Made by a program: the position numbers and the translations under genes. Shown here one piece after another: positions 34,288-43,194 of a stretch of 51,644 nt of DNA (position 1 is its first letter; each line of letters begins with the position of its first letter). The notes beneath the pieces are model-generated. The model did not search any database. It saw only the letters and a list, made by a program, of their open reading frames with translations, and was not told the DNA's origin. The stretch lies in NCBI GenBank assembly GCA_018664825.1, contig JABJNO010000023.1:1-51644 (forward strand), read 5' to 3'. The DNA comes from Candidatus Parcubacteria bacterium. Its GTDB lineage: Bacteria; Patescibacteriota; Patescibacteriia; UBA1558; GWA2-36-10.

Positions 34288-35676
34288 TTGGACCTAAAAA
34301 ACATGGATAATTACGAGAAAAATTGGGAAAATGCTTTGGGTGAACTAGAGCTTTTGATTAGTAAAGCAAATTTTACTACTTGGTTTAAGAACACCTTTAT
34401 AGCCGAAGAAAATGATGGCAATATTGTGGTTGGTGTACCAAATGCTTTTACTAAAGTTTGGTTAGAAAAAAAGTATGATGACAAGATAACCAGTGCCTTG
34501 GAAAGTGTTTTATCAAAAAGTAATCTACAGGTTATCTACAGGGTCGAAAGTAAGGGTAAAAGTACTAACGTTAGTACAAAACCAGTTGACCAGGGAATCA
34601 AAAAAATCACCCCTGTGTACAACTCAAATGGAAATTCAGAGAAAGTTATCAATAAATTTGGGCTAAATCCTTCCTATAAATTCAATAGTTTTGTGGTTGG
34701 TCCTGGCAACGAGCTAGCTCAGGCAGCCGCTCATGCTTCTGCTCAAAAACCAGGAGCCTTATACAACCCTTTATTTATATATGGTGGTGTTGGTTTGGGG
34801 AAAACCCACCTAATACAATCCGTTGGTAATTATATTTTGGCAAAGAATCCAGAAAAAAAGATTCTTTACATAAATAGTGAGAAATTTACCAACGATTTTA
34901 TTTTTGCCATCAAAAGAGGTCAGACTGACCAATTTAAAGAAAAATATCGTAGTGTTGATGTTTTGTTAATTGATGATATCCAGTTTATCGCCGGAAAAGA
35001 ACAAACTCAAGAAGAATTTTTCCATACCTTTAATGCTTTACACCAAAACAACAAACAAATTATTATTTCTTCTGATAGACCACCAAAGGCTATCCAAGAA
35101 ATTGAAAATAGATTGATATCTAGATTTGAGTGGGGGATGATCGCTGATATATCTTTTCCAGACCTAGAAACTCGTGTAGCCATCTTACAAATGAAGGCTG
35201 CTAGTAAAAATTATAATCTTGATCAAGATATAATCCATTTTGTAGCTGCAAATATCCAAGAAAATATCCGTGAACTAGAAGGTGCTCTAAATAGAATTAT
35301 AGCCTTTCATGAACTCAACAATACAAGACCAACCCTAGATAGTGTAAAATCAATTTTAGGAGGCTTGTCTACTAATCCAAAAAAGGCTGGACTGACTAGT
35401 AAAAAACTTTTGGGTGTAGTGGCGATATTTTTTGATATTCATATGGACGATCTACTTGGTGCTAGTCGTAAAAAAGAATTAGTAGTGCCGCGTCAAATTT
35501 CTATGTACCTAATGAGAGAGGAGCTCAAGGCCTCTTATCCAAACATAGGGCGAGACGTTGGTAAGAGAGACCACACCACAGCTATGCACGCTTGTATCAA
35601 AATAAATAAGATGTTGGAGATAAATGACAAAATAAAAAACGATGTAGCGGTACTTCGTCAAAAGATATATGAATAA
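34288..35676 (+). CDS. dnaA: Chromosomal replication initiator DnaA (start TTG 34288 or ATG 34303)
   Basis: YNPLFIYGGVGLGKTHL, LLIDDIQF, NIRELEGAL, RDHTTAMHA. Confidence 0.99.
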   Translation: MDLKNMDNYEKNWENALGELELLISKANFTTWFKNTFIAEENDGNIVVGVPNAFTKVWLEKKYDDKITSALESVLSKSNLQVIYRVESKGKSTNVSTKPVDQGIKKITPVYNSNGNSEKVINKFGLNPSYKFNSFVVGPGNELAQAAAHASAQKPGALYNPLFIYGGVGLGKTHLIQSVGNYILAKNPEKKILYINSEKFTNDFIFAIKRGQTDQFKEKYRSVDVLLIDDIQFIAGKEQTQEEFFHTFNALHQNNKQIIISSDRPPKAIQEIENRLISRFEWGMIADISFPDLETRVAILQMKAASKNYNLDQDIIHFVAANIQENIRELEGALNRIIAFHELNNTRPTLDSVKSILGGLSTNPKKAGLTSKKLLGVVAIFFDIHMDDLLGASRKKELVVPRQISMYLMREELKASYPNIGRDVGKRDHTTAMHACIKINKMLEINDKIKNDVAVLRQKIYE

Positions 35677-35968
35677 GCTGTTTATAAATTATCAACAACC
35701 CTGTTTATAAAACAAGTTAAACTGCTTATAAGTCACCCCTCGCTTGTTTATAAAAATTTACTTATCCACCTCGACTCAAAAAAAATTTTTTACTTATCCA
35801 CCAACATGGGACTTATTCACAAAATTATAAACCGTTTATCCCCCTGTCAAAATTTTGAAAAACAGATAAAAACACTAACAAATAATCCAATTATTTAACA
35901 CTTATAAACATATTAACACCCCCTTACTACTACTACCTTTAATATAAATAAAAAATAAATATAATACT
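35677..35968. other. Replication origin oriC between dnaA and dnaN
   Basis: Nine or more DnaA-box-like 9-mers (e.g. TTATCAACA 35689, TTATCCACC 35762 and 35794, TTATTCACA 35813, TTATAAACA 35902), C-tract, TACTACTACTAC DnaA-trios at 35925-35936, then an AT-rich tract. Confidence 0.88.
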
Positions 35969-37069
35969 ATGAGGATAATTTGCACACAAGAAAATTTTAA
36001 CAAAGGATTAGGATTGGTCTCTCATATTGCAAATAAAAATTCCAATCTTCCAATCTTGAACAATGTTTTATTAAAAGCAGAAAAGGAAGGATTAACATTG
36101 ATAACAACAGACTTGGAAATTGGTATAAAGGTTTTTGTTCGTAGTAAGATAGAAACCCCAGGAGAGTTTACAGTAGACGCCAAACTCCTAAATAGCTTTG
36201 TGAGTCTTTTACCAAGAGAAAACATAGAGGTAAATTTAGAAGAAGGAAATCTAGAAGTAAAAACCAAAAACCAAGAGACTACCATCAATGGTATGGAAGC
36301 AGAAGACTTTCCTCTTATCCCTGATATAGACAAAGAAAATGAAGTAAATATTTCTGGTACTGCTTTGAGAAAAAGTTTGAGCCAAGCTATATTTGCTGCT
36401 TCTCTAGATACTTCTCGGGTTGAGATCAATGCTGTAAATTTTGTTTTCAAAAAAGATGAGCTTGTACTAGCTGCAACCGATAGTTATCGATTGGCAGAAA
36501 AAAAGCTAAAGATAGAAAACGACAAGGAAGCCAATTTGATAGTACCGCTCAAAACACTTCAGGAGCTTTTACGTATTTTGGGAGAATATGAAAATCAACA
36601 AGTAAAAATATATTTCAACGAAAACCAAATAATGTTTGCCTTTGATGGTGTGGAGTTGGTCTCTAGGGTGATAGATGGAAAATATCCAGATTACAAACAA
36701 ATAATCCCGGATGATTTTTCTACTATTTCCAAAATAAAAGTAAGTGAATTTGTACCCGCTATCAAATCAGTGGCCCTGTTTTGTAAACAAGGTATCAATG
36801 ATATAAGATTTAGCCTTGATTCAACCAAAAATGAGCTTGTGATAGCCACAGCATCATCTAGTATGGGTACTAGTACTGCCAAGGTACCAATCGAAATCAA
36901 AGGAGAGGATAATGATATTGTGTTTAATTATCGTTATTTACTTGATGGACTCAGTAATATGAGTAGTGATGAAGTAGAGCTCAAAATAAACAATAATGCG
37001 TCCCCTGGCCTAATTCAACCAACCAACGATAAAAACTATAAATATTTAGTAATGCCTATTAGGCAGTAA
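35969..37069 (+). CDS. dnaN: DNA polymerase III beta sliding clamp
   Basis: LPILNNVLL, TDLEIGI, AATDSYRLAE, SRVIDGKYPDY, YLVMPIR. Confidence 0.98.
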   Translation: MRIICTQENFNKGLGLVSHIANKNSNLPILNNVLLKAEKEGLTLITTDLEIGIKVFVRSKIETPGEFTVDAKLLNSFVSLLPRENIEVNLEEGNLEVKTKNQETTINGMEAEDFPLIPDIDKENEVNISGTALRKSLSQAIFAASLDTSRVEINAVNFVFKKDELVLAATDSYRLAEKKLKIENDKEANLIVPLKTLQELLRILGEYENQQVKIYFNENQIMFAFDGVELVSRVIDGKYPDYKQIIPDDFSTISKIKVSEFVPAIKSVALFCKQGINDIRFSLDSTKNELVIATASSSMGTSTAKVPIEIKGEDNDIVFNYRYLLDGLSNMSSDEVELKINNNASPGLIQPTNDKNYKYLVMPIRQ

Positions 37070-37127
37070 AAAATACACAAAAATAAAAACCCCACTACTT
37101 CTAGTGGGGTTTTGGTTTCAACAAAAT

Positions 37128-38288
37128 TTATTCAGGACTTGTCATGTGTTTGGTAAACTTACGACAAATACTCTTGAAATAAGAGGTTGCCTCATCATCA
37201 GGTAATAAGGTGTAGAGTTTACGCCACTTGTCTTTGGGGCTACCAGCTGAACTGAGGTGGAGTAAAATCTGACCCAACATACCTAGGGCGGTTTGGTAAA
37301 TTTCCTCAGGAAGAGTAAGGAGCATCCTTTCGAGGTTGCCACTAACCATCCGATTCATCAAATAAGTGAAGCTGAGTTTGTCAGCCACCATGTATCCGAT
37401 GTAGGTTTGGAATTTTACTTTGACGCGTAAGCCGTTTGAAAAACGAATTACATAACCCTCTGTATTTTGTACAGCTCGATCACCCATCATCTCAACTAGA
37501 GAGGTGATGTTTTTTCGTAGGTCCACCAGAGGATCACTTTCGGACTTACCGGTCCAAATAGGTGTGACCTCGAGGCCGAGCTTGCTAGCGTAGCCCATGA
37601 GGCGTCTGTAGCCATAATCAGCCATAGTAGCCGTGCTGTTGGCACTGATGATGGTGAATCTTTTTTGACCTTGATAATCCACAAATACTTTTGTGTCAGG
37701 GTGGATGATTTCTACGAGTAGGGTTAGGTTGGTGGGAAAATTTTTCTTCCAATTGTTTTCTCGCACATAGCGGGTCAACATGGTATTTCCCAAAACCGAA
37801 CTTCTACTCTCAAACGAACCACGTGTAGTCAAAACAAACTCATGTTGGTAGCGGAAAATAATTCCCAGGTGACCATCTTGTTTGAGGGTAGCCTCAAATG
37901 GTAGTTTGGGGAGGTTTTGTGTTTCAGGGTGTTCTCCGTGATTGAAAAATTTTGGGAAAGATAGGGCTACTAGTTGACCGGTACGATCAAAAATAATACC
38001 TCGACAAAGCCGAAGTTGATCTGTCCATCCTTGGGGGAACATATAAAGCACATTGTGAGCTACGGGTGTATAGTTGAGCCCAATCAAGGGTAGGGTGGGG
38101 TGAAAAAATGGTTTGACCAAAGAGGTGATAGCGGGTAGTTCTTCTTCTTGGGGGTAGTCAAATAGTTGGCCAATTTCTACCTTGTGCTCTGCAGCAAAAG
38201 ATTTCCAAGAGCCGTGATCTACTACACCACACGAAACCATAAACTGGATGAACTGAGCGAGTTTTTTGAGGGCTGGTTTTCTTTTCAC
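37128..38288 (-). CDS. T4 Rnl1-like RNA ligase (GTG start)
   Basis: LCRGIIFD..ALSFPKFFN, motif I KQDG, TRGSF, EII, EGYVI, RVKVKF; own promoter TTGACA-17-TATTTT. Confidence 0.85.
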   Translation of the reverse strand: MKRKPALKKLAQFIQFMVSCGVVDHGSWKSFAAEHKVEIGQLFDYPQEEELPAITSLVKPFFHPTLPLIGLNYTPVAHNVLYMFPQGWTDQLRLCRGIIFDRTGQLVALSFPKFFNHGEHPETQNLPKLPFEATLKQDGHLGIIFRYQHEFVLTTRGSFESRSSVLGNTMLTRYVRENNWKKNFPTNLTLLVEIIHPDTKVFVDYQGQKRFTIISANSTATMADYGYRRLMGYASKLGLEVTPIWTGKSESDPLVDLRKNITSLVEMMGDRAVQNTEGYVIRFSNGLRVKVKFQTYIGYMVADKLSFTYLMNRMVSGNLERMLLTLPEEIYQTALGMLGQILLHLSSAGSPKDKWRKLYTLLPDDEATSYFKSICRKFTKHMTSPE

Positions 38289-38460
38289 GATTTACCTTCT
38301 TTTTGTTGAGTGTTTTTAAGGATCGAAAATAACCACATAAAATATCATAAAGGTGTTTTTTTGTCAATACATAAACCCAGTAAACATGGGTTTTTTTTAT
38401 CTTATTTTTAATAGTTGTACACAAGGCCTTTGCAAAGGTTTAAAAAGTTTGTTATAATAT

Positions 38461-38565
38461 AAGCACCTAAAAAGGCTTTTTGAACGAGAGCCCAGATAGG
38501 TACTATTTAATATTGTTCCCGATGGAGCATCCAAATGACATCCTAGCGCGATTGGGGTGTTTTTT
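38461..38565 (+). ncRNA. Candidate small RNA I, divergent from the RNA ligase
   Basis: Promoter TTGCAA(38430)-17-TATAAT; ends pair (AAGCACCTAA 38461 with TTGGGGTGTTT 38552); inner hairpins; T-tract; no ORF. Confidence 0.4.
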
Positions 38566-38582
38566 GGTTGTCAAAAAAAGAG

Positions 38583-39068
38583 CTATGTAGGCTCTTTTAA
38601 TAGTATGGTAGTCTGTAAATTATCACCTCTGATTTCGAGCGAAATCACATCGTCTATTATTTTATTTCTAACTATTGTTTTTAAAACATAAGCAACCAAT
38701 GAAGCATCTTTGGATAGTATAGAATCAAATTCATTATTATCTATAAAAGAATATAGTTGCTGTTTATCCAGTGCTCCTTTGTTTCTCAATAATTCAACTG
38801 GTATTTGTAGGTGAAGTTGGGTGTTGTTGTTTTTTGGTATTGGTATTATTGTAATACCAACATCACCAGAACTAAGGGAGTTGTAATTTTCAAAATAATC
38901 ATAAACAATTTTTTGAATATCATTTTGACAGGCGTGTATTCCTAAAACTACTTTTTCTTTTTGTGATTTGGTTTCCTCTAAATTATTTTCATCAACCACA
39001 AAATCAACTAATTCTTTTTTAGTAATAACTAGATTGTCTATTAATCTTTGGCAGTCTGATTTTTTCAT
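38583..39068 (-). CDS. Hypothetical protein, paralog 6 of tandem array
   Basis: MKKSDCQRLID start; similar to 39070-39516 at protein and 5' DNA level. Confidence 0.8.
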   Translation of the reverse strand: MKKSDCQRLIDNLVITKKELVDFVVDENNLEETKSQKEKVVLGIHACQNDIQKIVYDYFENYNSLSSGDVGITIIPIPKNNNTQLHLQIPVELLRNKGALDKQQLYSFIDNNEFDSILSKDASLVAYVLKTIVRNKIIDDVISLEIRGDNLQTTILLKEPT

Positions 39069-39069
39069 A

Positions 39070-39516
39070 TTAATTTTCTAATGTTATGTGTATTGTGCCG
39101 TTGGGAATTTTTAAAACCTCATCAACCTTAAAGTGTTTATTTTTTGTTAGTATTTTTAAAACATTGCTTATCAATTTACTATCTGGAAATATTGTATCAA
39201 AGTCCTCAACAAGGGCAGCTTCTTTTATTTTTTGTAAATCTCGTTTTTGGCCCATGGGAAAGATTTGAATTTTAATAGTATCAGAAAGATCAGAGACAAA
39301 ATTTATAACAATTCCATCTGCAGAAAACTCACCAGTTTTGAGTAAATCAAAAACAACACTTTCTAAATCGTTTTCACAAACAAACAACCCATGCTCTACT
39401 TGTTGTTTTTGAACCCCAGCTGTTACCAAATCATCTCCATTGGTTTCCAGAACAGCTAGGTGTATTTTTAAATCTTTAAAACTGTCTATTAATTTTTGGC
39501 AGCGTGATTTTTTCAT
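39070..39516 (-). CDS. Hypothetical protein, paralog 5 of tandem array
   Basis: MKKSRCQKLID start; C..D(L/I)..(V/I)V.D and FD.I motifs shared with neighbours. Confidence 0.8.
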   Translation of the reverse strand: MKKSRCQKLIDSFKDLKIHLAVLETNGDDLVTAGVQKQQVEHGLFVCENDLESVVFDLLKTGEFSADGIVINFVSDLSDTIKIQIFPMGQKRDLQKIKEAALVEDFDTIFPDSKLISNVLKILTKNKHFKVDEVLKIPNGTIHITLEN

Positions 39517-39521
39517 ATATT

Positions 39522-40022
39522 TTATGTGTTAGAAATTTCTATAGAAATAGAAAGGGCGTTATCGGGGCCATGAAAAATATTTTTTATTTTATATTTTCTA
39601 TACATTGCTATTTGGCGTAAAATCCCAATCAAAACATCGCGGCCAGGGAATACTTCTTTAAAATTACCATCCTCAATAAGCTCTGTGAGTTTAGCTGAAT
39701 CTTTCATTTGTATACTTGGAGGAATATGGATATCAAGAATATCATTATCATGTTTGGAATAAACAAGTTTAACGTCATTTATAATAATTGTTTTATTTGA
39801 CTCACCTTTATCCAAGAGTATAGAGTAGACAATGTGTACTAGGGTTTCTCTACAGTTATTAATTTTCGCGACTCCTCCTCTTTTTTTTCGTCTCAAATTT
39901 TGAAGGTTCAATTTATTTTGATCACTCAAAAAACTTTCTAGATGTCCATCATAAGCAGGCACAAACTCTTTTAAAGCTCGAATATCTCTTACAAGTCCTA
40001 CGCAATTGTTTCTTGTATACAT
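39522..40022 (-). CDS. Hypothetical protein, paralog 4 of tandem array
   Basis: MYTRNNC start; CRETLVHIV and FKEVFP align with paralogs 5 and 6. Confidence 0.78.
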   Translation of the reverse strand: MYTRNNCVGLVRDIRALKEFVPAYDGHLESFLSDQNKLNLQNLRRKKRGGVAKINNCRETLVHIVYSILLDKGESNKTIIINDVKLVYSKHDNDILDIHIPPSIQMKDSAKLTELIEDGNFKEVFPGRDVLIGILRQIAMYRKYKIKNIFHGPDNALSISIEISNT

Positions 40023-40023
40023 A

Positions 40024-40587
40024 TTATCTTTTTCTTGGGAAATTAAATTCTATACATTGTTTTCGAACAACATCACCGCGGTTTTTTATTTTTATCGTTG
40101 GGTTAAGAGGGGATAAGCCCTTTTCTACCAACTCTTTTTTTGTATGAAGCTTAGAATTTTTTTTGATAGTCAGGAGTATTTGGAATACCAGTAACAACTC
40201 TCTGTCTTCTGGATAATCTTCTTTTAATTCTTTTATAAATTCAAAAAGAGATCCTTGTTCGTGCTCTCTTATAAAAGATTCCATTTCAAAAGCGTCTTGG
40301 CTAGCTGGCGTCATAAAATTATAACCAAAACTAAACCTCACCCCCTTGTAGCCAGGAGGGGTATCATCTGTTAATAAAAATCTTTTCGAGTCCATGTAAT
40401 CAGCAATAATCAAAAACCTGGACATGGTAAGAGTTTTATAAGCCTCCATATCTACTTTGGCTTGCGACATCTCACCAAAGTCTTTGGTCTTTATGGCTTT
40501 GGCTAAATCAGAATCAAAATCAACCAAGGTCTCGTGTCCACCTTTTATGTAGTGTCTCAAATATTCACAGTTTTGTTTTTTACTCAT
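40024..40587 (-). CDS. Hypothetical protein, probable paralog 3 of tandem array
   Basis: MSKKQNC start, same size class and tight coupling; most divergent member. Confidence 0.72.
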   Translation of the reverse strand: MSKKQNCEYLRHYIKGGHETLVDFDSDLAKAIKTKDFGEMSQAKVDMEAYKTLTMSRFLIIADYMDSKRFLLTDDTPPGYKGVRFSFGYNFMTPASQDAFEMESFIREHEQGSLFEFIKELKEDYPEDRELLLVFQILLTIKKNSKLHTKKELVEKGLSPLNPTIKIKNRGDVVRKQCIEFNFPRKR

Positions 40588-41104
40588 ATTGTTTTATTTT
40601 TGGATCAAAACTTATTGAAAGAGCACCCACCGCATCTTGGGGGTCGGTGATTTCTGAAACATCCTCATGCTCAATTTTTACAGTATTGTTTACAGATAAC
40701 ATTTTTAAAAGTGAATAAATCACCTTTTGTGATATTGTGTATTTAGAAACTTGTTCTATGTCCAATTCTCCTGTTGCTTTTAATTTTTCGATAACTTTTT
40801 TAAGAGCTGATACAGAGGCATGTGAGGACATAAGATTTGTTGATAAATCAATTGTAGGTACTGTAGCTACTTTGAAGCCACGTAAAGAAAAATCTCCACC
40901 ATAAACGTGTGCGTCCATGTGCATCAATATAAAATGTTGAATACCGGCGATAGAATTGAGAATACCATTTTTTCTACTATTGGTATGTTGTAGGGCTTCT
41001 GGGCTACCAAAAAAATAATCAGCCTGAGAATCAAGCTCGTCTATAAGCCCTCTGGCATGACCGATGTATATGCGCATTTCTTCACACAATTCTTTTCTAT
41101 CCAT
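40580..41104 (-). CDS. Hypothetical protein, paralog 2 of tandem array
   Basis: MDRKELC start; LKATGELDIEQVSKY, LLKMLS, SISFDP align with paralog 1. Confidence 0.8.
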   Translation of the reverse strand: MDRKELCEEMRIYIGHARGLIDELDSQADYFFGSPEALQHTNSRKNGILNSIAGIQHFILMHMDAHVYGGDFSLRGFKVATVPTIDLSTNLMSSHASVSALKKVIEKLKATGELDIEQVSKYTISQKVIYSLLKMLSVNNTVKIEHEDVSEITDPQDAVGALSISFDPKIKQYE

Positions 41105-41105
41105 A

Positions 41106-41630
41106 TTATTTATTAGGTATAAATTCTATTGAAAAACCAGTTGTTTTGTTTTCTGGTCGCCAGGGAGATAATTCTTTTACTATTTTTATAGTAGTCTGTA
41201 GGGTTAAGATTTTCAAGAGGGGGGCGGGAAAACTATAACTTATATTTTGGTCATATTTAGAAAGTGTGTCTATATCCAAAACCCCAGTTGTTTTAAGTTG
41301 GTCAAATACCCCTTGCAAATCCATTTGCGAGTTACTACCGGAGTGATCATGAACATAGAATTGTAAACCCCTACTTAATATATTGTCATTTTCAAGGTTT
41401 ATAGTATCCAAAACAATATCAGATACATGTCTATTGGAACTCAGGTGCCTTAGAATATCAAGTTGTATATCAGCCACACTCTTTAGAAATATTTTTTTTA
41501 ATTCCTTTGATTGATTAAGCTCTTGGTTACCATCTAAAAAATCAGAAAAATGATAATCAAACAAGTCTTCGGATTTTTTTACAATAAGGAGGTGTTTTTG
41601 AATTGATTTACACAACTCTTTTTTATCCAT
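41106..41630 (-). CDS. Hypothetical protein, paralog 1 of tandem array
   Basis: MDKKELC start; LKTTGVLDIDTLSKY, LLKILT, FSIEFIP. Confidence 0.8.
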   Translation of the reverse strand: MDKKELCKSIQKHLLIVKKSEDLFDYHFSDFLDGNQELNQSKELKKIFLKSVADIQLDILRHLSSNRHVSDIVLDTINLENDNILSRGLQFYVHDHSGSNSQMDLQGVFDQLKTTGVLDIDTLSKYDQNISYSFPAPLLKILTLQTTIKIVKELSPWRPENKTTGFSIEFIPNK

Positions 41631-41631
41631 A

Positions 41632-41838
41632 TTATTTTATTTCTTCTATTTTTAGAACCTCTATTGGACAAGCTTCTATAGCCTGTTGGACACAATCAAA
41701 AGTTTCCTCTGTGATTTCATCTGTGGTTACAGAAACCTTGCCGTCATCGCTGGGGGTAAATATTTTTTCACAAACAGCACTACAGGTCATACAGCCAATA
41801 CAATCTTCTTTATTTAGGGTTATTTTATATTTTTTCAT
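41632..41838 (-). CDS. Small ferredoxin (single-cluster type)
   Basis: CIGCMTC..C and distal ACP motif, 68 aa. Confidence 0.92.
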   Translation of the reverse strand: MKKYKITLNKEDCIGCMTCSAVCEKIFTPSDDGKVSVTTDEITEETFDCVQQAIEACPIEVLKIEEIK

Positions 41839-41847
41839 TATTTTTGT

Positions 41848-43107
41848 TTAATCGTAGATTTCTCTTGTCTTTATTATATACAATTTATCGTTTTTACGCA
41901 CAGGTTTATCCACTGGTATAGTGACAAGTTGTTTTGGTTTGGCAGACTTTGCTTTACTTTCATCCTCTAGTTGGAGAGATTTTATTTTGCCAAAAAGTAC
42001 ACCAGTCTTTGGTCCGGTGATAGAAAAGTTATCTCCGATTTTTATATTATGAGCCTGTAGGTCTATTTCGGCTATCTTTGATTTTGGAAAATAATGAGTA
42101 ATGATACCTGCAAAAAATCTTTCTTCGGTAGCCTGTGAGTTTCCACTAGCTGACCATTCGTGGGTAGGTTTACCAAGATAGTATCCATCGCTTATTCCTC
42201 TATTGAAAACAGTTTTCAATTCTTTTTCCCATTTTTTGATTTTACCCAAAGTATAGGTTCCCTCATCAATACTATTTATAGCCTCACGGTAAGACTTGAT
42301 AACCTTGGCGACGTACTCTGGACTTCTGCCTCGGCCCTCTATCTTGAGACTGTATATCCCAGCTTCCAAAAAATCTTTTAGAAAACCAATTGTACAAATA
42401 TCTTTTGGGCTCATCACAAACTCATTGTCTATTACCATCTCTTGGCCGGTATCGACATCACTTACCTTGTATTTACGTCTACACATTTGCCTACAAGCCC
42501 CACGGTTGGCAGATGTATTTTCACTGTATAGGCTCATATAACAACGACCAGATATTCCGATACACAAAGCACCGTGGGCAAAAGCTTCTATGGGGATTAG
42601 TTTGCCTTGTTTGTTTTTTATCTTTTCTTTTTTTATAGTTTCCGTAATATTTTTTATCATTGGTAGAGTGAGTTCGCGGGCTAGTACAATCTGATCTGCA
42701 TACTGAGCATAAAACTTTACACTTTCAACGTTGGACACAGAAAGTTGAGTAGAAATATGTAAAGGCATATCTATGCTATCGGCATACTGTACCGCTGCCA
42801 TATCAGAAACAATCACAGCTGTTACTTTATTTTCTTTAGCTGTCTTGATTATTTTTTTCATCATTTCTAAATCACTATCATAAAGTACGGTGTTTACAGT
42901 GAGGTAGGATTTTATTTTGGCTTTCTGACAAATTTTGGATATTTTTTTGAGATCATCCAAATCAAAGTTGGCAGCAGCCACTGAGCGCATATTGATATGA
43001 CCAACACCAAAGTACACAGCGTCGGCACCGTTGTCTATAGCGGCTTGCAGGGCTTCGTATGAGCCAGCAGGAGCTAGTAGTTCTACGTTGTATTTTTTCT
43101 TTTTCAT
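41848..43107 (-). CDS. Peptidase U32-family protein (TrhP/RlhA-like RNA hydroxylation protein) with C-terminal beta domain
   Basis: ELLAPAGS, GADAVYFG, LHISTQ, LARELTL, HGALC..SGRCYMS..NRGACRQMCR, SLKIEGR. Confidence 0.9.
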   Translation of the reverse strand: MKKKKYNVELLAPAGSYEALQAAIDNGADAVYFGVGHINMRSVAAANFDLDDLKKISKICQKAKIKSYLTVNTVLYDSDLEMMKKIIKTAKENKVTAVIVSDMAAVQYADSIDMPLHISTQLSVSNVESVKFYAQYADQIVLARELTLPMIKNITETIKKEKIKNKQGKLIPIEAFAHGALCIGISGRCYMSLYSENTSANRGACRQMCRRKYKVSDVDTGQEMVIDNEFVMSPKDICTIGFLKDFLEAGIYSLKIEGRGRSPEYVAKVIKSYREAINSIDEGTYTLGKIKKWEKELKTVFNRGISDGYYLGKPTHEWSASGNSQATEERFFAGIITHYFPKSKIAEIDLQAHNIKIGDNFSITGPKTGVLFGKIKSLQLEDESKAKSAKPKQLVTIPVDKPVRKNDKLYIIKTREIYD

Positions 43108-43194
43108 AATATACTATTAAACTATATAATATCTTACTTGTCTAGGCAAAATAAAAAGCCCCGATTTTGTAATCGGGGCTTGTAATGTTCAAAC

